From positions 58,624 to 122,623 of the forward strand of contig CBDUXP010000004.1 of the NCBI GenBank assembly GCA_965371225.1: a DNA stretch of 64,000 bases, in the 5' to 3' direction. Shown here one piece after another: positions 59,894-64,000 of this stretch. Position numbers and translations under genes: made by a program. The notes below the pieces were generated by a model. That model was given only the letters and a program-made list of their open reading frames with translations. It had not been told where the DNA came from and did no database searches. The stretch is from an uncultured bacterium (GTDB lineage Bacteria > Abyssobacteria > SURF-5 > CBDUXP01). How positions within the stretch are numbered: the stretch's first letter is position 1; each line of letters opens with the position of its first letter.

Positions 59894-60449
59894 CGATTCG
59901 CCCGGTCCGGGGCAGTTTTCCAGCATCCCAGCGCCAGATGACGCGGATATCCCCCCCTTCCTGCATGAACGTGGATTCGCCGGCATTCTTGCCGCCGCCG
60001 CCAGTGCCCTCCGGGCCGGGATCGCCAGCAGCCTGGAGATGGTGGGTTTACCCCCGTGGGGCCCCGGCCGCGTGGGGCTGATGTCCAAGCTTCTGGACGA
60101 GCCCATGAGCCAGGTGGACGTGGCCAATTTCATGCGCATTTCCCCGCCGTCGGCCATGGAGCTGGTCAGGCGCCTGGAGCGGGACGGATACGTCCGGCGC
60201 ACGCGGGATCCCAAGGATCAGCGCCGGCGGTTGGTCAGCCTGACGGAGGGAGCGCGCCGGCAGGTCATCGAGATGCGCCGGAGTCTGGTGGCGGGGATGA
60301 CGGCGGTTGAAGAACGGATGGCAGCGGAAGGCTTCAGTGACGCGGATCTGGAGCGGTGCAAGGCGCTGTTGCGCGCCTACACGGAGGTGTCCCGCGCCGA
60401 GCACGTGCGGCGCCAGGCGCCCCCCGAATCCGGCGCCGCGGCGGGATGA
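59880..60449 (+). CDS. MarR-family transcriptional regulator
   Basis: SQ..VA....I........V.RLE.DG.V.R..DP.D.R...V.LT.. Confidence 0.9.
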   Translation: MPNDYDSPGPGQFSSIPAPDDADIPPFLHERGFAGILAAAASALRAGIASSLEMVGLPPWGPGRVGLMSKLLDEPMSQVDVANFMRISPPSAMELVRRLERDGYVRRTRDPKDQRRRLVSLTEGARRQVIEMRRSLVAGMTAVEERMAAEGFSDADLERCKALLRAYTEVSRAEHVRRQAPPESGAAAG

Positions 60450-60576
60450 CAAGTTTTTGTATCTGGGATTGCCCACGGTGGCCGGCCTCTGAGGGGTATT
60501 GGCTGCAAAACGGGGTGAGATCGGCCGGACTGCCCACGGGCGATCGCATCACCTGTACAGCAAGGAGTCTGACGGG

Positions 60577-62781
60577 ATGAGCACCACCGGTACCAATGGC
60601 GAATGGCAGCACACCGCCTGCGTCCTGTGCAGTTTGAACTGCGGCCTCCTGGTGAAGATCGAGGACAACACGATCGCGAAGGTCAAGGGCGACAAGGCCA
60701 ATCCCTTCAGCCAGGGCTACACCTGCAGCAAGGGCCTCACCATCGCGAAGTACGCCCACCACAAGCAGCGGGTGCTGCAGCCGCTGAAGAAGCAGGCGGA
60801 CGGCACCCATGCGCCGATCGCATGGGAGCAGGCCTACGCGGAGATTGCGGACAAGCTGAACGGCATCATTGCCGCCCACGGCGGCGGCGCCATCGGCCTC
60901 GCGGGCGGCGGCGGCCAGGGCAATCACCTGGACCTGCCCTATGCGACCAGTTTCTTGCGCGCCATCGACTCACCCTGGTTTTTCAACGCGCTGGCCCAAG
61001 AGTACACCCATAAATTCTGGGTGCACCGCCACACGTTCGGCGGCGACGGGGTCGACTATCACGTGGAGCCGGAACACGGCGAAGTGCTGCTGGTGATCGG
61101 GTCCAACCCGTACATGAGTCACGGTTTTCAGCGGACGCGCGTCGTATTGAAAGCGATTGCGAAGGATCCCGACCGTGCGCTGATCGTGGTGGACCCGCGC
61201 CGCCACGAGACGGCGAAGCTGGCCGACCGGTACCTGCAGATTCGCCCGGGCACGGACGTGTATTTCCTGCTGGCGCTGGTCCACGTCATCGTCCACGAAG
61301 GGCTGGTGGACGAGGCGTCCATGACGGCACACACGACGGGTTGGGCGGACATGCGCTACCTGGCGGACCTGGTGACGCCCGAGCGGGCCGCCGGGCTGTG
61401 CGATCTGGACGCGGATGACATCCGCTGGGTGGCGCGGCGGTTCGCGGCCGCAGCGAGCGCGTCCATCCGCGTCGACCTGGGTTTGCATCACAATAAGTTC
61501 AGCGTCGAGAACGTGTACCTGGTCGATCTCCTGCACGTCCTGACCGGCAACCTGTGCAGGGATGGCGGCGCGGTGTTCCCCGCCTCGTTCTTCAGCGGTG
61601 CGGGCGTCACGGGCGGCGGGGGCCGGCGGGAACGTCCCAGCACGCGCGTGGCCGGCATCCCGCAGATTCTCGGGATGTATCCGCCGAACGCGCTCCCCGA
61701 GGAAATCCTCGACGCCGGGGAAGCTGGGCTGCGGGCGCTCTTCGTGGAAGGTGCCAATCCGCTGCGCTCCTACGCGGATAGCACGCGGATGGAAGAGGCC
61801 TTCCGGGCGCTGGACTTGTTGGTGGTGATCGACCCGGCGATGACGGAAGCGGCGCACATGGCCGACTACGTGCTGCCCCCGCCCTGCGGTTACGAGAAGT
61901 GGGAGACGGTGGTGTTCACAAAGGGCTATCCGGGGATCTATGCGCACGTGCGGCCGCCCGTGCTCGAGGCGCCGCCGGAGACCCGGCAGGAAGGCATCAT
62001 CTTCTACCAGCTCCTCAAGGCGATGGGCCGCGACGTGTCCGGCCATCCCCTCTTCGGCGCGCTCGAGCTAGCCATCGACGCGGGCGAAGAGGCCCCGGTC
62101 CTGAGCCTGGTGCGGGGGGCCGCCACCTCGTTCTCCATGACGCGGTATCAAGAACTGTTGGACGCGGGCACGATCACGGCGGACGGCAACGCGCCGGAGC
62201 AGGTGTTCCAGGCGATACTGGATCACCCGGAAGGGGTCGAGCTGTGTAAAGTCGACGCGGCCAACAACTGGGAGTCCCTCCGCACGCCCGACAAGAAGGT
62301 CATCCTCAATCCGCCGCCGCTGGTGGAGGTGTTTGCCGCGTTGGAGATTCCCGACGACACCGACTTCCGGCAGAACGCGGAGTTCCCCCTCGTGCTCCAA
62401 ACCGGCGAGCGGAGCGACTACAGTGCGAACACGATCCATCGCGATCCGTCGTGGCGCAAGAAATTCACGAGCCAACTGCGGATGCATGAGACCGTGGCCG
62501 AAGAGTTGAGCATTACCGATGGGGAGACGGTGAAACTCATCACCGAATACGCCGAGGCGCTGGTGCCGGCGCGGGTGACCGACGACATCTATCCCGGGAA
62601 TGTCAGCCTGCCGCACGGCTACGGCCTGTTGTGGGAGGACGAGGACACCGGGAAGCTGGAACCCGTGGGGGTCAATGTCCAGGCCCTCATCAGCGCGAAG
62701 CACCGGGAGCCGATTAGCGGAGTGCCCTACCACAAGCACATCCCTTGTCGGCTCGAAAAGGTCAACGGCAGCCAGGCATGA
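60577..62781 (+). CDS. Molybdopterin (DMSO reductase superfamily) oxidoreductase, cytoplasmic
   Basis: CxxCxxxC...C-KG Fe-S motif, GGGGQGNH, G.NP..S, VVDPR..ETA, RPGTD, C-terminal PHGYG; no Tat signal. Confidence 0.9.
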   Translation: MSTTGTNGEWQHTACVLCSLNCGLLVKIEDNTIAKVKGDKANPFSQGYTCSKGLTIAKYAHHKQRVLQPLKKQADGTHAPIAWEQAYAEIADKLNGIIAAHGGGAIGLAGGGGQGNHLDLPYATSFLRAIDSPWFFNALAQEYTHKFWVHRHTFGGDGVDYHVEPEHGEVLLVIGSNPYMSHGFQRTRVVLKAIAKDPDRALIVVDPRRHETAKLADRYLQIRPGTDVYFLLALVHVIVHEGLVDEASMTAHTTGWADMRYLADLVTPERAAGLCDLDADDIRWVARRFAAAASASIRVDLGLHHNKFSVENVYLVDLLHVLTGNLCRDGGAVFPASFFSGAGVTGGGGRRERPSTRVAGIPQILGMYPPNALPEEILDAGEAGLRALFVEGANPLRSYADSTRMEEAFRALDLLVVIDPAMTEAAHMADYVLPPPCGYEKWETVVFTKGYPGIYAHVRPPVLEAPPETRQEGIIFYQLLKAMGRDVSGHPLFGALELAIDAGEEAPVLSLVRGAATSFSMTRYQELLDAGTITADGNAPEQVFQAILDHPEGVELCKVDAANNWESLRTPDKKVILNPPPLVEVFAALEIPDDTDFRQNAEFPLVLQTGERSDYSANTIHRDPSWRKKFTSQLRMHETVAEELSITDGETVKLITEYAEALVPARVTDDIYPGNVSLPHGYGLLWEDEDTGKLEPVGVNVQALISAKHREPISGVPYHKHIPCRLEKVNGSQA

Positions 62782-62819
62782 CCGTTCACGAGAGGGCGGT
62801 CGCGAAGGAGCGTGCGAAG

Positions 62820-64000
62820 ATGAGCAGCAACGGTTCAAACGGCGAGTGGCATTCCACGGCCTGCGTGCTGTGCAGTATCAACTGCGGCCTGCTGGCGAAG
62901 GTCGAGGACAACACGATCGTCAAGGTGAAGGGGGACAAGACGAACCCCTTCAGCAAGGGCTACACGTGCAGCAAGGGGCTGACGGTGGCCAAGTACGCGA
63001 CGCACGCCCAGCGGGTGACGACGCCGCTGAAGAAAATGCCTGACGGCACGCACGCGCCCATCTCCTGGGAGCAGGCGATCGGCGAGATCGCGGAGAAATT
63101 GCAGGACATCGTCGCGCGGCATAGCCCCCGGTCCGTGGGCCTGGTGGGCGGCGGCGGCCAAGGCAACCACCTGGACTTCATCTATGCCGCGAGCTTTCTC
63201 AACTTGCTGGGGTCGCCGTGGCACTTCAACGCCTTGGCCCAGGAGTTCACGCAGAAGTACTGGGTGAACGGGCACATGTTCGGGAGCGACGGCGTGGACT
63301 TCGAGGGCAACCCGCACCGATCCGAGGTGTTCCTGGTGCTGGGGACGAATCCGTGGATGAGTCACGGGATTCAGCGGGCCCGCGTGGTGTTGCGCGAGAT
63401 CGCGAAGGACCCCGACCGCACGCTCATCGTGGTGGACCCCCGCCGCCACGAGACGGCGAAGATGGCGGACCAGTATCTCCAGATTCGCCCCGGCACGGAC
63501 GTGTACTTCCTGCTGGCCATGCTCAACGTCATCGTGTCGGAAGGCCTCACCGACGACGCGTTCATCGCCGAGCACGGGCACGGGTGGGAGGAGGCCAAGT
63601 TCATCGCGGACCTGGTGACCCCGGCGCAGGCGGCGACGCTCTGCGACCTCAGCGAGGCGGACATCGTGGCGGTGGCACGGCGGTTCGCGACGGCGGAGAG
63701 CGCCAGCGTCAAGGCCGATCTCGGCATCTACCACAACAAGTTCATGGTCGAGAATTGCTACTTGCTGCCGCTGCTGCACCTGATCACGGGCAACCTGTGC
63801 ACGCCGGCGGGCGCCCACTTCCCCGTGAGCATGTTCACGGGGGCGGGCATCTTCCGGGACGTGCCGGAGTCGGAAAAGCCGCGCACCCGCGTGGCGGATA
63901 TTCCAATGATCCGCAACCTGTTCCCGCCGAACGCGCTGCCGGAGGAAATCCTCGACGCGGGACCGGAGCGCCTGCGCGCGCTGTTCGTCGAAGCCTGCAA
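62820..64000 (+). CDS. Second molybdopterin oxidoreductase paralog (3' end truncated by the window)
   Basis: MSSNGSNGEWHSTACVLCSINCG..., colinear with the upstream gene; absent from the ORF track because there is no stop in the window. Confidence 0.9.
   Translation, partial: MSSNGSNGEWHSTACVLCSINCGLLAKVEDNTIVKVKGDKTNPFSKGYTCSKGLTVAKYATHAQRVTTPLKKMPDGTHAPISWEQAIGEIAEKLQDIVARHSPRSVGLVGGGGQGNHLDFIYAASFLNLLGSPWHFNALAQEFTQKYWVNGHMFGSDGVDFEGNPHRSEVFLVLGTNPWMSHGIQRARVVLREIAKDPDRTLIVVDPRRHETAKMADQYLQIRPGTDVYFLLAMLNVIVSEGLTDDAFIAEHGHGWEEAKFIADLVTPAQAATLCDLSEADIVAVARRFATAESASVKADLGIYHNKFMVENCYLLPLLHLITGNLCTPAGAHFPVSMFTGAGIFRDVPESEKPRTRVADIPMIRNLFPPNALPEEILDAGPERLRALFVEAC

Noticed and set aside
60577-64000. 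Nucleotide-level repeat between about 60600-61760 and 62840-64000 as a mobile element or assembly duplication
   Set aside because: The copies have diverged with many codon-level substitutions and intact frames: ordinary paralogy.

Overview
High-GC chromosomal window from a diderm (LPS/Kdo-producing) bacterium. The lineage cannot be named from sequence alone. Almost everything from 1 to 59.6 kb is on the minus strand. Blocks in window order, each listed in its direction of transcription: rplU-rpmA, obgE-proB-proA-nadD-yqeK; a YtrA/GntR-ABC operon; an accessory patch at about 10-19 kb (Sel1, ankyrin, SnoaL-like, HTTM/DCC, HugZ, SGNH, Zn-ribbon, chromate transporter, tRNA-Glu, tRNA-Gln); nrdR; purB-C-F-M-L-Q-H-D-E-recG-rsmD; guaB-guaA followed by a GT2/LAB_N/ArnT/2x PlsC cluster; an atypical groES-groEL; a long kdkA-kdsA-kdsC-tal-hldC-glycosyltransferase-kdsB-pdxA-rsmA envelope operon; a plus-strand NYN locus; and lexA with a downstream Zn-ribbon mini-gene. 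Divergent from lexA lie a MarR gene and two tandem molybdopterin oxidoreductase paralogs. No CRISPR array, rRNA, intact IS or prophage was seen. The strongest unexplained signals are mostly regulatory. (1) A tandem NrdR-box pair with canonical 31-bp spacing sits on the promoter of the Kdo/LPS operon, and an NrdR-box array lies upstream of nrdR itself. (2) A stand-alone mini-protein resembling the C-terminal Zn ribbon of class II ribonucleotide reductase has its own GTTC-N7-GTTC SOS box. (3) KdsA has substituted active-site motifs. (4) DnaA boxes sit at the strand-switch point. All calls are by motif recognition; no database searches were run.
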